DNA from: Dehalococcoidia bacterium
GTDB taxonomy: Bacteria > Chloroflexota > Dehalococcoidia > Lucifugimonadales > Lucifugimonadaceae
NCBI GenBank assembly: GCA_965203505.1
Contig: OZ241880.1
Coordinates: 2,858,206-2,922,205, forward strand
Reading direction: 5' to 3'
Length of the DNA stretch: 64,000 bases
Part shown: positions 8,563 through 18,158 of the stretch, in pieces
How the letters are laid out: the number at the start of each line of letters is the position of its first letter
Numbering within the stretch: the stretch's first letter is position 1
The notes under the pieces: generated by a model
Databases searched by the model: none
What the model was told of the DNA's origin: nothing
Seen by the model: only the letters and a program-made list of their open reading frames with translations
Made by a program: the position numbers and the translations under genes

Positions 8563-9546
8563 ATGCCCGCAATCACCAACGAGCAGCTCGAACATTTCGA
8601 GCACTTCGGCTTCGTAACCGCCGAAAACCTGATCGATCCAGAAACCGTGATCGATCCCGTCATCGACGAATACACCGACGTCCTCGACAACCTCGCCGAC
8701 AAACTCTACGCCGACGGCACGATCAGCTCGAAATACGAAGAGCTGGAGTTCGGAGACCGAGTAACCCAGATCTACGCCGAATCGGGCGAAGTCTACAACG
8801 GCTATTTCGACTTCTCACTGCCGCAGGGTGGCATCAAGGAAGACACGCCATTCTGGGCAGGCCCCGCTGTCTTCGACGCACTCACCGCGCCGGAACTACT
8901 GGACGCCGTGGAGTCGTTCATCGGCCCCGAGATCTACTCCAATCCCGTCCAGCACGTCCGAATAAAAGTGCCGGAAAGTAGGGCACCACGCGACGAAAAA
9001 GGAATGGTGAAATTCGGCGTCACACCTTGGCATCAGGACGCCGGAGTAGTCAACCCCGACGCCGATGAATCGATGATCCTCACGGTCTGGTTCCCGTTGA
9101 TGGACGCCGACGCCGAGAATGGCTGCCTCCAAGTGGTTCCCGGATCACATCGAGAGGATCTGCTGACTCACTGCCCCGGGATGAAGAGCTCATCGCCGTC
9201 CGGATTGCAGATACCAGAGTCCCAGTTCGAGGTCGGCAAAGCGGTCCCGATCCCGTTGAAGAAGGGCGACGTGCTGTTCATGACGAAGTTCACGATCCAC
9301 TCATCGCTACCCAATAAAAGCGATCGCATCCGCTGGAGCTTCGACTTGCGATACAACCCGATCGGACACTCGACCGGCCGCACAAGCTTCCCCGGCTTCG
9401 TCGCTCGCAGCCGCAGCAACCCCAAAAGCGAATTGCAAGATCCAGTCATTTGGAACGAATTGTGGACCGAGGCTCGCGACTCGCTAGCCAAGGGCAATGA
9501 GCCAGCATTCAACCGCTGGGACGGCACCGATCCCGCCTGCGCTTAA
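8563..9546 (+). CDS. PhyH family oxygenase, paralog 2
   Basis: 327 aa, collinear with paralog 1 (MPAITNEQLEHFEHFGFVTAE..., TPWHQDAGV, FTIHSS). Starts 2 nt after the stop of paralog 1. Confidence 0.8.
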   Translation: MPAITNEQLEHFEHFGFVTAENLIDPETVIDPVIDEYTDVLDNLADKLYADGTISSKYEELEFGDRVTQIYAESGEVYNGYFDFSLPQGGIKEDTPFWAGPAVFDALTAPELLDAVESFIGPEIYSNPVQHVRIKVPESRAPRDEKGMVKFGVTPWHQDAGVVNPDADESMILTVWFPLMDADAENGCLQVVPGSHREDLLTHCPGMKSSSPSGLQIPESQFEVGKAVPIPLKKGDVLFMTKFTIHSSLPNKSDRIRWSFDLRYNPIGHSTGRTSFPGFVARSRSNPKSELQDPVIWNELWTEARDSLAKGNEPAFNRWDGTDPACA

Positions 9547-9575
9547 GCGTCTGCATCGAAAGGAACCGTTGAACC

Positions 9576-10559
9576 ATGCCCGCGATGACCAAAGAGCAAC
9601 TCGAACATTTCGAGCACTTCGGGTTTGTTACCGCAGAGGGCGTGATCGACCCCGAGAGAGTGATCGACCCGGTGGTCGACGAATACGCTGGAGTGTTGGA
9701 TAGCTTGGTTGAAGAGCTATATGAGGAAGGGAAGATCAGCTCGAAATACGAGGATCTGGATTTTGGGGAGCGGGTGACGCAGGTCTATGAGGAGTCCGGT
9801 GAGGTGCACCAAGGGTATTTCGACTTCACGCTTCCGCAGAGAGGCGTCACGGAAGATACGCCGTTTTGGGCCGGCCCGGCAGTTTTCAATGCGATGACAT
9901 CGCCAGACCTGTTGGATGCGGTGGAGTCTTTCATCGGACCGGAGATCTACTCGAACCCGGTGCAGCACATTCGCATCAAGGTGCCGGAAAGCCGTTCGCC
10001 TCGCGACCACCTGGGCCGGGTGAAGTTCGGTGTCACGCCGTGGCATCAGGACATGGGGGTCATAACGCCCGACGCTGACGAGTCGTTGATCCTCACCGTC
10101 TGGTATCCACTGATGGATGCAGATGAAGAAAACGGATGCCTGCAAGTCATCCCGGGATCGCACCGCGACGAAGAACTGTTGACGCATTGCCCGGGCGGAA
10201 AGAAAGTACTCGGCAGTTTGCACGTACCAGAAAGCGAGTTCGAAGTAGGGAAGGCAGTCCCGGTACCCGTGAAGAAGGGCGATGCTCTGTTCATGACGAA
10301 GTACACGATCCACTCATCCTTGCCCAACAACAGCGACCGCGTCAGATTCAGCATGGATCTGCGCTACAACCCCATCGGTCAATCCACAGGCCGCACAAGC
10401 TTCCCAGGCTTCGTAGCACGCAGCCGCAGCAACCCCGAAACCGAACTGCACGACCCAGTTGCTTGGAATCAGTCGTGGTTAGACGCGAGGAGTGCGCTGG
10501 CTAAAGGCGAGGAGCCCCCCTTCAACCGCTGGAACAGCGACCATCCGCTTTGTGCGTAG
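9576..10559 (+). CDS. PhyH family oxygenase, paralog 3
   Basis: 327 aa, collinear with paralogs 1 and 2 (TPWHQDMGV, YTIHSS). Confidence 0.8.
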   Translation: MPAMTKEQLEHFEHFGFVTAEGVIDPERVIDPVVDEYAGVLDSLVEELYEEGKISSKYEDLDFGERVTQVYEESGEVHQGYFDFTLPQRGVTEDTPFWAGPAVFNAMTSPDLLDAVESFIGPEIYSNPVQHIRIKVPESRSPRDHLGRVKFGVTPWHQDMGVITPDADESLILTVWYPLMDADEENGCLQVIPGSHRDEELLTHCPGGKKVLGSLHVPESEFEVGKAVPVPVKKGDALFMTKYTIHSSLPNNSDRVRFSMDLRYNPIGQSTGRTSFPGFVARSRSNPETELHDPVAWNQSWLDARSALAKGEEPPFNRWNSDHPLCA

Positions 10560-10627
10560 CGTGTAATCAGCGCGAAGACCGAGGTTGCGAACGTCGGTGC
10601 TGTGCGCCTTCCGAGTAGGTGCGCTCC

Positions 10628-10664
10628 AAAAAAAGAGACGCTCCCATGCGATGATAGGAGCGTC
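10628..10664. terminator. Hairpin with flanking A-run (terminator-like; reads as hairpin plus T-run on the minus strand)
   Basis: aaaaaaa-ga-GACGCTCC-catgcgatgata-GGAGCGTC. It lies between the PhyH cluster and the NYN gene. No minus-strand gene lies directly upstream, so its function is unclear. Confidence 0.3.
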
Positions 10665-10722
10665 GGGCCAGCGATACTATCTGCTGGGGGGTAACCAAGA
10701 TGCTACACCACCCTTGACCTGA

Positions 10723-11415
10723 TTGTCAACGCCTCTAGGTTCGACGAGATTTTACTACCGAGAAACGACCATAGTGCATCGCGTTACTGTTTACATTGAC
10801 GGCATGAATCTGTTTTACGGGATCCGGTCAAAACGGAAGGGACTGAAAGGGGATGCTTGGCCGTGTTACTACTGGCTTGACCTGCATCGGATGTCACGGA
10901 GACTGTTGCGTGAAGGACAGTCCTTGAAAAAGGTGAGTTACTTCACTGCCAGAGTGGACCACGATCCAGAAGACCCCGATAAACAGAGAGATCAGAGCAT
11001 TTACTTGGAGGCGTTAAAGGCCAGTGCAAACGTAGAGGTTGAGGAAGGGTATTTCATGCCGAAAGTACGAACTTGCCAGCGATGCGGCGCGTCGTGGAAA
11101 ACGTATGAAGAAAAGATGACTGATGTCAAGATCGGACTGTGGTCGCTAAACGATGCCCAGAATGACGTGTTTGATACCGCGATCATTGTCTCTGCGGACA
11201 GCGACCTTGTGGCCCCAATTTCGATGGTTTTGAAGAAGTTCGACCGCAAACGGATAATCGTAGCATTCCCGCCTGATCGAGCGTCGAAACAGTTGCGGCA
11301 GGTTGCGACCGGGTATATATCGATAGGTCAGGACACGTGTCGAAATAGTCAGCTACCGACTGAAATCGTGAATCGAGAAGGTTACACACTGACTCGTCCT
11401 GAAAGCTGGGCGTGA
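10723..11415 (+). CDS. NYN/LabA-like (PIN-related) nuclease-domain protein
   Basis: VTVYIDGMNLFYG at the N-terminus, CQRCG...EEKMTDVKI, and IIVSADSDLVAPI (SxDxD), typical of NYN/LabA domains. The start is uncertain (TTG at 10723, or the GTG giving VHRVTVYIDG). Confidence 0.7.
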   Translation: MSTPLGSTRFYYRETTIVHRVTVYIDGMNLFYGIRSKRKGLKGDAWPCYYWLDLHRMSRRLLREGQSLKKVSYFTARVDHDPEDPDKQRDQSIYLEALKASANVEVEEGYFMPKVRTCQRCGASWKTYEEKMTDVKIGLWSLNDAQNDVFDTAIIVSADSDLVAPISMVLKKFDRKRIIVAFPPDRASKQLRQVATGYISIGQDTCRNSQLPTEIVNREGYTLTRPESWA

Positions 11416-11426
11416 ATTCCTTGCCC

Positions 11427-11972
11427 CTAAAGGCGCAATCTCATGATGTGGCGGCGAGTGCCGGCCATCGCGACCTCTTCGAAACCAAGTCGCTCAAATG
11501 TACCGATGCGGCCCATGTAGCTGTAGCTGGGCGAATCGTAATCAACCGGATAGGCTTCGATCACTTTGGCACCGTTGTCGCGCGCATACTCGATTGCGGC
11601 GTTGATTAATCGAGTCGTCAGCCCTTGTCGACGGAACCCGCTGCGGATGTAGAAGCAGGCGATAGACCAGACATTCTCCGTGTCAGCTCCATCCGAAACG
11701 TAACTGCGAGTGCGGAGATTGGTGTAGGTTTCGAGCGGCGCGATAGAGCACCAAGCCACAGGTTCGTCACCGTCATACGCCAAGATGCCGACCGGCGTGT
11801 CGGCGGCAACAGTTTCGAACAAGGCCTGCTTCTTGGCGGGAGAACCAGCGCGTCGAAAGGCCGACGACATCGGTCGGAAAACCATGCACCAACAGTGTTT
11901 GGGTCCACCTCGAGATTCGAAGAATCGCTCAAGGTCCGACCATCGTTCTGGAATGACAGGGAGGAACTTCAT
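11427..11972 (-). CDS. GNAT family N-acetyltransferase
   Basis: 181 aa. RRQGLTTRLINAAIEYARDNGAKVIEAYP is an acetyl-CoA-binding-type Q/RxxGxG/A segment, and a CWCM motif lies near the N-terminus. Confidence 0.7.
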   Translation of the reverse strand: MKFLPVIPERWSDLERFFESRGGPKHCWCMVFRPMSSAFRRAGSPAKKQALFETVAADTPVGILAYDGDEPVAWCSIAPLETYTNLRTRSYVSDGADTENVWSIACFYIRSGFRRQGLTTRLINAAIEYARDNGAKVIEAYPVDYDSPSYSYMGRIGTFERLGFEEVAMAGTRRHIMRLRL

Positions 11973-12835
11973 CTCGGTCGAATGTCGCTAGCCGTTTTGG
12001 CGATCGCCGCTCCGTAGAGAAAGATGAATGAGGCGATATAGGCCCAGATCATGAGGACCACGACAGACGTGATGGGGCCGTAAATGTTGGCTTGGTAGGT
12101 GTCTTGGTTGTTTGCCCAGAAAAAGACGTGTTTGCCGGTTTCAAAGAGAATGATCGCGACGATCGCTCCAAATATAGCGTCGCGCCTGAGCACACGAGTG
12201 TTAGGTATGCGGTAGTAGATGATGGCGAAGATGAAAGCCGTGATGACGGCGGGCAGAACAGTCGCGACGATTCCGATAACAATCGTTGCGAATGTGGACA
12301 ATCCATGCGTTACCGGGGCGGATTCTTGGCTGAGTCGGATCAGAGCTTGGATCACGCTTGAAAGTCCGACGGAAATCATGAACAAGGCCACAACGACGGT
12401 CGCGAGGCTGACACTCTTGATGGTTACCTGTACGACTTTGGTGTTTCGTATGCCGAATACGCGGTTCACAGCTCGAGTCGTGGCAGCGAAGAGTCTGTTG
12501 GCACCGATCATGAGGTTGATGACGGCGAGTATCCCGATCGTGAGCGAACCGCCAAGGAGGCTGTTGATGGCGTCGTCGATGAGATCCCGCGATGCCGGGA
12601 ACAGATAGTGAAGCGCTTCGGTGAGGACTTCAACGACGCCGTCGGAGGGTCCGATGGCGATCAAAAGCATCGCCATGAGGGCGACGAGTGGCAGTTGGGA
12701 TAGGACGGTGAAAAATGCGAGTGATGCCGCGAGGTCAGTGCCATTGGCTTTTAGTAGCGTCGGAACTGCGCGGATTGGAGCAATCAATGGCCAAAGAAAC
12801 GTGTACTTGGAAGTGATGTTGGAGGAATCGATCAT
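11969..12835 (-). CDS. YihY/BrkB family integral membrane protein
   Basis: DLAASLAFFTVLSQLPLVAL plus multiple TM helices. ATG at 12835 is preferred over the ORF-track start at 12886, which overlaps the groEL terminator hairpin. Confidence 0.7.
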   Translation of the reverse strand: MIDSSNITSKYTFLWPLIAPIRAVPTLLKANGTDLAASLAFFTVLSQLPLVALMAMLLIAIGPSDGVVEVLTEALHYLFPASRDLIDDAINSLLGGSLTIGILAVINLMIGANRLFAATTRAVNRVFGIRNTKVVQVTIKSVSLATVVVALFMISVGLSSVIQALIRLSQESAPVTHGLSTFATIVIGIVATVLPAVITAFIFAIIYYRIPNTRVLRRDAIFGAIVAIILFETGKHVFFWANNQDTYQANIYGPITSVVVLMIWAYIASFIFLYGAAIAKTASDIRPR

Positions 12836-12875
12836 ACCCTGCGTTGAATGGAGTTCGGGTGTTGAATAAACGTCA

Positions 12876-12907
12876 ACGCGCCGCACCGGGATCCCGATGC
12901 GGCGCGT
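12876..12907 (-). terminator. Hairpin downstream of groEL
   Basis: 10-bp stem ACGCGCCGCA/TGCGGCGCGT with a 12-nt loop, about 35 nt after the groEL stop. The T-tract is weak. Confidence 0.4.
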
Positions 12908-12941
12908 GATTTGGCTCTTGAGAACCGGGTTCTAGTCGAAA

Positions 12942-14570
12942 CTAGAAGTCCATTCCGCCTCCGGGCGGCATGCCGGCTGGCGGCATAGGTGGCTCGGGCT
13001 GCTCGGTGATGAGTGCCGCGGTGGTCAGGATCATGCCTGCGACCGATACGGCGTTCTCAACGGCTGAGCGGGTGACCTTTGCCGGGTCTACGATGCCCAT
13101 CGCCATCATGTCGCCGTACTCATCGGTCATGGCGTTGAACCCGAAGTTGACGTCGTCGCTGCCCGCGACGCGGTCAAGAATGACGGCACCTTCAAAACCG
13201 CAGTTTCCGGCGATGATGCGGATCGGCTCGCGCAGGGACTTCGAGAGTATCTGCACGCCCGTCTGCTCGTCTTCGTCATCGAAGTCGAGCTCGTCCAGTT
13301 TGTCGGCTGCGCGGATTAGGACGCTGCCGCCACCGGGTACGATACCTTCTTCAACAGCCGCACGAGTCGCTTCCAAAGCGTCTTCGACACGTTGCTTCTT
13401 CTCCTTCATTTCGATCTCGGTGGCCGCGCCGACACGAAGGATGGCAACACCTCCCGATAGCTTGGCGAGACGCTCTTGCAGCTTCTCGCGGTCGTAATCG
13501 GAGGTCGTGTCCTCGACTTGAGCTTGGATTTCGGCCATACGACCACGGATGCCGGACTGATCACCGCTACCGTCCACGAAGGTCGTGTCGTCTTTCTTGA
13601 CAACGACCTGTCGACAGCGACCGAGGTCCTCAAGGGTTGCGGAGTCGAGCTTGCGTCCGATCTCGTCGGAGATGACGGTGCCACCGGTTAGGATGGCGAT
13701 GTCTTGAAGCATGGCCTTGCGGCGGTCGCCGAAGCCAGGGGCCTTGACGGCGACGCAGTTGAGCGTGCCGCGGAGCTTGTTGACGACGAGCGTGGCGAGT
13801 GCTTCGCCCTCGACATCTTCGGCGATGACGAGAACGTTCTTGCTGGTCTGCAAGACCTTCTCGAGCAACGGAAGCAGGTCGGAGACCGCAGAGATCTTCT
13901 GCGAGGTGATCAGGATGTACGGGTCATCCAGAACAGCTTCCTGGCGGTCAGGGTTGGTCACGAAGTAAGGCGAGAGGAACCCTCGGTCGATCTGCATGCC
14001 TTCCACGAAGTCGGTTTCGTAGGAAAGGGACTTCGACTCGTCAACGGTGATCACGCCGTCCTTGCCGACCTTCTCCATCACTTCGGCGATCAAGGTGCCC
14101 ATCTCGTCGTCGTGCGAAGAGAGGACCGCCACGTTGGCGATCTGGGATGAGCTGTCCACCGGGGTCGATTGGCTCTTGATGGAGTCGCGAATGGTGGCCA
14201 TGGCCTTTTCCATACCGCGCTTGATGGCCATCGGGTCGGCGCCGGCGGCGACGTTCTTGAAACCCTCGGCCACAATCGCCTGGGCAAGAACGGTCGACGT
14301 GGTCGTGCCGTCACCGGCATCGTCGTTGGTCTTCTTGGACGCTTCCTTCAAGAGTTGAGCACCCATGTTCTCGAACGGGTCCTCAAGGTCGACCTCTTTG
14401 GCGATGGTCACGCCGTCGGAGTTGACCTGCGGAGGGCCGAACTTCTTGTCAACGATGACGTTCTGGCCGCGCGGGCCGAGCGTCTTCTTGACGGTGTTTG
14501 CGAGGACGTCGATGCCTTCCTTGAGCTTGGATCGAGCCTCCTCTTCGAATAGCAAATCTTTTGCTGGCAT
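12942..14570 (-). CDS. groL: Chaperonin GroEL (60 kDa)
   Basis: 542 aa. Contains [15 protein letters not shown] and a C-terminal PPGGGMDF tail. Full-length GroEL architecture. Confidence 0.98.
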   Translation of the reverse strand: MPAKDLLFEEEARSKLKEGIDVLANTVKKTLGPRGQNVIVDKKFGPPQVNSDGVTIAKEVDLEDPFENMGAQLLKEASKKTNDDAGDGTTTSTVLAQAIVAEGFKNVAAGADPMAIKRGMEKAMATIRDSIKSQSTPVDSSSQIANVAVLSSHDDEMGTLIAEVMEKVGKDGVITVDESKSLSYETDFVEGMQIDRGFLSPYFVTNPDRQEAVLDDPYILITSQKISAVSDLLPLLEKVLQTSKNVLVIAEDVEGEALATLVVNKLRGTLNCVAVKAPGFGDRRKAMLQDIAILTGGTVISDEIGRKLDSATLEDLGRCRQVVVKKDDTTFVDGSGDQSGIRGRMAEIQAQVEDTTSDYDREKLQERLAKLSGGVAILRVGAATEIEMKEKKQRVEDALEATRAAVEEGIVPGGGSVLIRAADKLDELDFDDEDEQTGVQILSKSLREPIRIIAGNCGFEGAVILDRVAGSDDVNFGFNAMTDEYGDMMAMGIVDPAKVTRSAVENAVSVAGMILTTAALITEQPEPPMPPAGMPPGGGMDF

Positions 14571-14639
14571 TGGCTAGTTTTCTCCTTGGTATGTCGTCTT
14601 GTGCGACGAAATCCGTAATCGATTGGGTATCCGGTCGGA

Positions 14640-14936
14640 TTATCCGACGATCGCGAGGATGTCGGATTCTCTCAGGATCAGATAGTCGTTGCCGTTCTGG
14701 CTGTACTCGGTACCTGCGTACTTCGAGTAGATCACGGTGTCGCCAACGCTCACAGAGATGTCGATCAAAGCGCCTTCGTCGGTGGTCCTGCCCGGACCTA
14801 CTGCGACGACGGAGCCTTGCTGGGGCTTCTCTTTGGCGGTGTCAGGAATGATGATCCCGCCTGGGCTGGTCGCCTGTTCCTCTTCGGACGGCGAGACGAT
14901 CACGCGATCGCTTAGCGGCTTCAAGTTAACCGTCAC
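14640..14936 (-). CDS. groS: Co-chaperonin GroES
   Basis: (M)TVNLKPLSDRVIVSPSEEE...GGIIIPDTAKEKPQQG. GTG start at 14936 is preceded by AGGAGG. The 144-aa ORF-track version is an N-terminal over-extension. Confidence 0.93.
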   Translation of the reverse strand: MTVNLKPLSDRVIVSPSEEEQATSPGGIIIPDTAKEKPQQGSVVAVGPGRTTDEGALIDISVSVGDTVIYSKYAGTEYSQNGNDYLILRESDILAIVG

Positions 14937-15040
14937 TCGGTCTTTCCTCCTTGTAGATTCGAAAAATTCGTCTTGCGGGTCCAGCCTGATGTCGCAGAAA
15001 TCACGATCGATGCAAACCAAACCCCGTGCGTCGAAATTCG

Positions 15041-15067
15041 TTAGCAGTCGACACGATCGACTGCTAA
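15041..15067. promoter_or_regulatory. CIRCE operator (HrcA binding site) of groESL
   Basis: TTAGCAGTC-gacacgatc-GACTGCTAA versus consensus TTAGCACTC-N9-GAGTGCTAA. It is a perfect inverted repeat with a 9-nt spacer. Confidence 0.85.
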
Positions 15068-15073
15068 CCGACA

Positions 15074-15101
15074 ATTATATTTCTGAGATTTCGAAACGCA
15101 A
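15074..15101 (-). promoter_or_regulatory. groESL promoter
   Basis: The minus strand reads TTGCGT, a 16-nt spacer, then TATAAT, immediately upstream of CIRCE. Confidence 0.6.
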
Positions 15102-15137
15102 AAACAAACTCTCAAAGCGGTAGCATCAGAACCAGAC

Positions 15138-15683
15138 ATGACGCTCGAAATGTGGATCATCGCCGCTGCCCGTGTGGCCGGCTCCTTGCCCGTGTTGCGA
15201 TGGGCATTCTTCGGCGCGATCTTGGCGATACTGGTCGATTTCTCCGACCTGTTCATGATGAACCTGATCCAACTCGGCGGGGTCACAAATTACCAGGCGT
15301 TCGACAAGTGGGTTGATCAGGTCTACATGCTGACCTTCCTTTGGGTCGCGGTGCGCCAATGGGACGGCCCCGGACGCACGATCGCAATCTTGCTGTTCGG
15401 TTTCCGATTGATCGGCTTCGTCACTTTCGAATTCGTCCAGGATAGATGGGTCCTGATGCTCTTCCCGAACGTCTTTGAGTTCTGGTTCGTCGCCATCGCC
15501 GCCCAGCGCCATTGGTGGCCCGAGTACGAGTTAACCAAGCCCCGGATCGTCATGTGGCTGGTCATCTGCACCGCGTTGAAGCTGATGCAGGAGTACATCC
15601 TGCACGTCTGGCAGGTGCTCGACAACTACACAGCCGTCGGAGTAGTCGAAGCGTGGTGGAACTTCCTGACGGGGCTGTTTTAG
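15138..15683 (+). CDS. Hypothetical polytopic membrane protein
   Basis: 181 aa, Trp/Phe-rich, with several hydrophobic segments. No family recognised. Confidence 0.5.
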   Translation: MTLEMWIIAAARVAGSLPVLRWAFFGAILAILVDFSDLFMMNLIQLGGVTNYQAFDKWVDQVYMLTFLWVAVRQWDGPGRTIAILLFGFRLIGFVTFEFVQDRWVLMLFPNVFEFWFVAIAAQRHWWPEYELTKPRIVMWLVICTALKLMQEYILHVWQVLDNYTAVGVVEAWWNFLTGLF

Positions 15684-15686
15684 CTT

Positions 15687-16679
15687 CTAGGCAGAGAAGT
15701 CGAACTCCTGACCAATCCCATTCGCAACCGCTTCTCGATAGACCAACGCCGCACACGAGATGTCCTGAATCGCCAGCCCAACGCTCTTGAAAAGCGTCAC
15801 CTCGTCTTCTGAGGTCCTCCCCGGAGTTACACCGTTGACGACATCTCCCAAGTTTCCGGCAACGTCTGACCACGAATAGTCGCCGTCTTCAACCGGTATC
15901 TGAAGGTCGCCCGCTTCAGCCATGCAAGCTTCGAGCTGGTCGCAGATTATGCGGGATCGCTGGATAGATGCGGTATCGAGTTCACGGACGCCCGGAGCGT
16001 GAGAGCCGATCGCGTTGATGTGAGCGCCCGGTTTCCACCAGTCGGCGCTGACGATCGGGTTCGCGGCCGTCGTGGCGAGCGCGACGATGTCAGACTCTCG
16101 GCAAAGCTGTTCGCCACTATCGGCGAGTTGGACATCCAAACCAGTCTGCTCTACGACCCAATCTGAGAACTCCTGGCGTGAAGCGTCGTCATCCAATGAA
16201 AACGTCAGGATGGTCTCGATATTGCTCGCTTCAGCGATCGCGACGGCCTGTTGCCGCGCCTGCACACCCGCACCTAGGACTCCACCGACTTTGGAATCAG
16301 CCCGCGCCATGTGCCGCGTCGCCACGCCCGACACGGCACCGGTTCGCATCGCGGTCAGGTAACCGCCATCCATCGCCGCCACTACTTCACCGGTCTCATT
16401 GTTTTGCACGAGGATCGTGCCGATAGTGGTCGGGAGTCCGAATTTGCCGGGGTTGTCCTTATAGACCGTGACCGCTTTGGCACCGAGAGCACCACCCGAT
16501 TTCAGGTACGCGGGCATATAGGCGATCCAACCGCCGACGCCAGGGTCGATCATCACGGTACGCGGCGGCATCTCAGCGGTTTCGCTGGCGAGTTCGCCGA
16601 AAGCAGCTTCAACAACGTCGATGGCTTTATCCATCGTCAATAACTGTTGAACGTCGGATCGGTTGAGAAGCAGTGCCAT
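15687..16679 (-). CDS. Ornithine cyclodeaminase/mu-crystallin family protein
   Basis: 330 aa. N-terminus MALLLNRSDVQQLLTMDKAIDVVEAAF and Rossmann segment GVLGAGVQARQQ. RBS aaggaa lies upstream. Confidence 0.8.
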   Translation of the reverse strand: MALLLNRSDVQQLLTMDKAIDVVEAAFGELASETAEMPPRTVMIDPGVGGWIAYMPAYLKSGGALGAKAVTVYKDNPGKFGLPTTIGTILVQNNETGEVVAAMDGGYLTAMRTGAVSGVATRHMARADSKVGGVLGAGVQARQQAVAIAEASNIETILTFSLDDDASRQEFSDWVVEQTGLDVQLADSGEQLCRESDIVALATTAANPIVSADWWKPGAHINAIGSHAPGVRELDTASIQRSRIICDQLEACMAEAGDLQIPVEDGDYSWSDVAGNLGDVVNGVTPGRTSEDEVTLFKSVGLAIQDISCAALVYREAVANGIGQEFDFSA

Positions 16680-16707
16680 CGCAGGTTCCTTGGTTTTAGT
16701 GCTCTAA

Positions 16708-16732
16708 GTTGACCGAGAGAAATCATACAACT
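16708..16732. repeat. 25-bp direct repeat, copy 1 (bounds the darTG cassette)
   Basis: gttgaccgagagaaatcatacaact matches 18175-18199 at 24 of 25 positions. On the minus strand it still encodes ...LYDFSRST-stop, a relic of the amidohydrolase C-terminus. Confidence 0.9.
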
Positions 16733-16826
16733 CTGGGTTAATTACCAAAACCAGCAGTGCAAAGAAAACGATTCAACCGATGAACCCAGTCCTGTTCAGC
16801 GGATTGCCAGAAGTAGGCACAAAGGC

Positions 16827-17348
16827 TTAACGGGGTTCGAAAACGATTACTTCGACTGACGGGAGTCGGTCAAAAGCCGATTCGATCTTCTGTTTCACAT
16901 CCGTCCAACGGAGCCCACCGAGACCGCACCCTAGCGGTGGGACCGCAATTGAGTGGATGTCTCGCGATTCAATCTCTGCTGTTAAAGACTCCAAGCCTGT
17001 TTCGATGTATTCAATTTTGCTGGGCTGGCGCCAGTGGTTTTTCGTAGGAAAATTAACGATGAAACGCGGAGATTCGCAACTTGGGCTTCCGTCAACAAAC
17101 ATATTGAGTTGAGTAGCATCGGATCCTTCGTCGAAATCCCCGTTTCGTTCGACGGCGGTGATGAAAACACGACCGGTACGAACATCGCCTTTATCGCAGG
17201 CGTCGGCGTATAGCTTGAAGTTGTCAGGAAACCGTTTTTTGAATTCGAGAGCGATCCCTTTGCCCATGATGCCTTTGCAATTGACTGTGTTGACTAACGC
17301 ATCCACTTGTTCGTCGAGAAGATTTCCCGAATTCCTGAATTCGATCAT
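16827..17348 (-). CDS. darG: Macrodomain protein, DarG-like antitoxin (macrodomain only)
   Basis: 173 aa. VDALVNTVNCKGIMGKGIALEFKKRFP is a macrodomain ADP-ribose-binding signature. It lies directly downstream of darT. Confidence 0.8.
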   Translation of the reverse strand: MIEFRNSGNLLDEQVDALVNTVNCKGIMGKGIALEFKKRFPDNFKLYADACDKGDVRTGRVFITAVERNGDFDEGSDATQLNMFVDGSPSCESPRFIVNFPTKNHWRQPSKIEYIETGLESLTAEIESRDIHSIAVPPLGCGLGGLRWTDVKQKIESAFDRLPSVEVIVFEPR

Positions 17349-17363
17349 TGGCTGGCCTCACTC

Positions 17364-18029
17364 CTAATAGTACCAGTCGGGCCGAACGACCACCGACGGA
17401 CGGTACTGCGCTTGTTCTGTCATCGACATGACTTGCCGTTGCATCTCTTCAGAAATGACGCCAATCCTGAGGATCCATGTCCACGGGAATCTGCCTCCAA
17501 GGAGGAACTCCGCTTGTTTTACTTCGCTTTTTTCGTTGTAGTTCCGTTCCCAGTCGTTGGAAGTAACCGTGAGCCAATCGATCTCGTTGATGTCAGCGAG
17601 GTTTTTGTAGTCCTCGAACCTGTTCGATGCGGCACTGGCGTTTGTGAACGCCCAGCGGATCCGGTTTCGGTTGGCGAATCTCACGACGTCGTGCAGGTCT
17701 GCTTCGAGGTGGGCGATGTTTTCTTGTCCACCGCGATAAGGGAGATCAGGGCGGGTCCCATGTATGTTTCGATGGATTGCTCGTAGCATGACGGATCGTG
17801 GACAGAAGTAGAACGGAACACATTGCCCGACAGTCAGGTCTGGATGACTATGTAGACGGCGTCGCATTCTTCGTGACTTAATGTGGGTCATGCCAATGGA
17901 TGTACCTGCGTTGGTTGCTAGCGATACTTCGGAATCGGGGAAAATCCAGCCGTCTTTGATGATCGAAGCAAGGGTGTTCATATGGACGATGTGATAGATC
18001 TTTGGCTTGTCGGGAATCATGACATGCAA
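17364..18029 (-). CDS. darT: DarT (DUF4433) ssDNA ADP-ribosyltransferase toxin
   Basis: 221 aa. N-terminal KIYHIVHMNTLASIIKDGWI and C-terminal KQAEFLLGGRFPWTWILRIGV (catalytic-Glu-type AEFL motif). Start is TTG at 18029 or ATG at 18020. Confidence 0.8.
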   Translation of the reverse strand: MHVMIPDKPKIYHIVHMNTLASIIKDGWIFPDSEVSLATNAGTSIGMTHIKSRRMRRRLHSHPDLTVGQCVPFYFCPRSVMLRAIHRNIHGTRPDLPYRGGQENIAHLEADLHDVVRFANRNRIRWAFTNASAASNRFEDYKNLADINEIDWLTVTSNDWERNYNEKSEVKQAEFLLGGRFPWTWILRIGVISEEMQRQVMSMTEQAQYRPSVVVRPDWYY

Positions 18030-18158
18030 ATTGATCGCAGGCGATCCTTTCGAATCGGTTTAGTTGGATGGCATCGGATACGCTGAAATTCTCTCGATAT
18101 GCCTGATCATTCGAGGGTTTATTTGCATTTCAAGATGGTCCTAAGTGATAACGCCGAT

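Noticed and set aside
12970-14577. Numerous antisense or overlapping ORFs inside groEL, the ABC exporter, the permeases, selD, the CoxL-like gene and others
   Set aside because: They lie entirely within strongly supported genes on the opposite strand or in another frame, and have low-complexity Arg/Ser/Pro-rich composition typical of GC-rich shadow ORFs.
14937-15074. N-terminal ORF-track extensions of groES (144 aa), otsA (781 aa), the CoxL-like gene (798 aa), dnaG (688 aa), cmk, cvpA, apt and the DUF2752-like gene
   Set aside because: The extensions are Arg/Cys/Ser-rich, overlap promoters, operators or neighbouring genes, and internal starts with good RBS reproduce the canonical N-termini of the families.
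16696-16704. Second CIRCE element upstream of the ocd gene (TTAGTGCTC)
   Set aside because: It only resembles one half-site. No complementary GAGTGCTAA-like arm follows 9 nt downstream.
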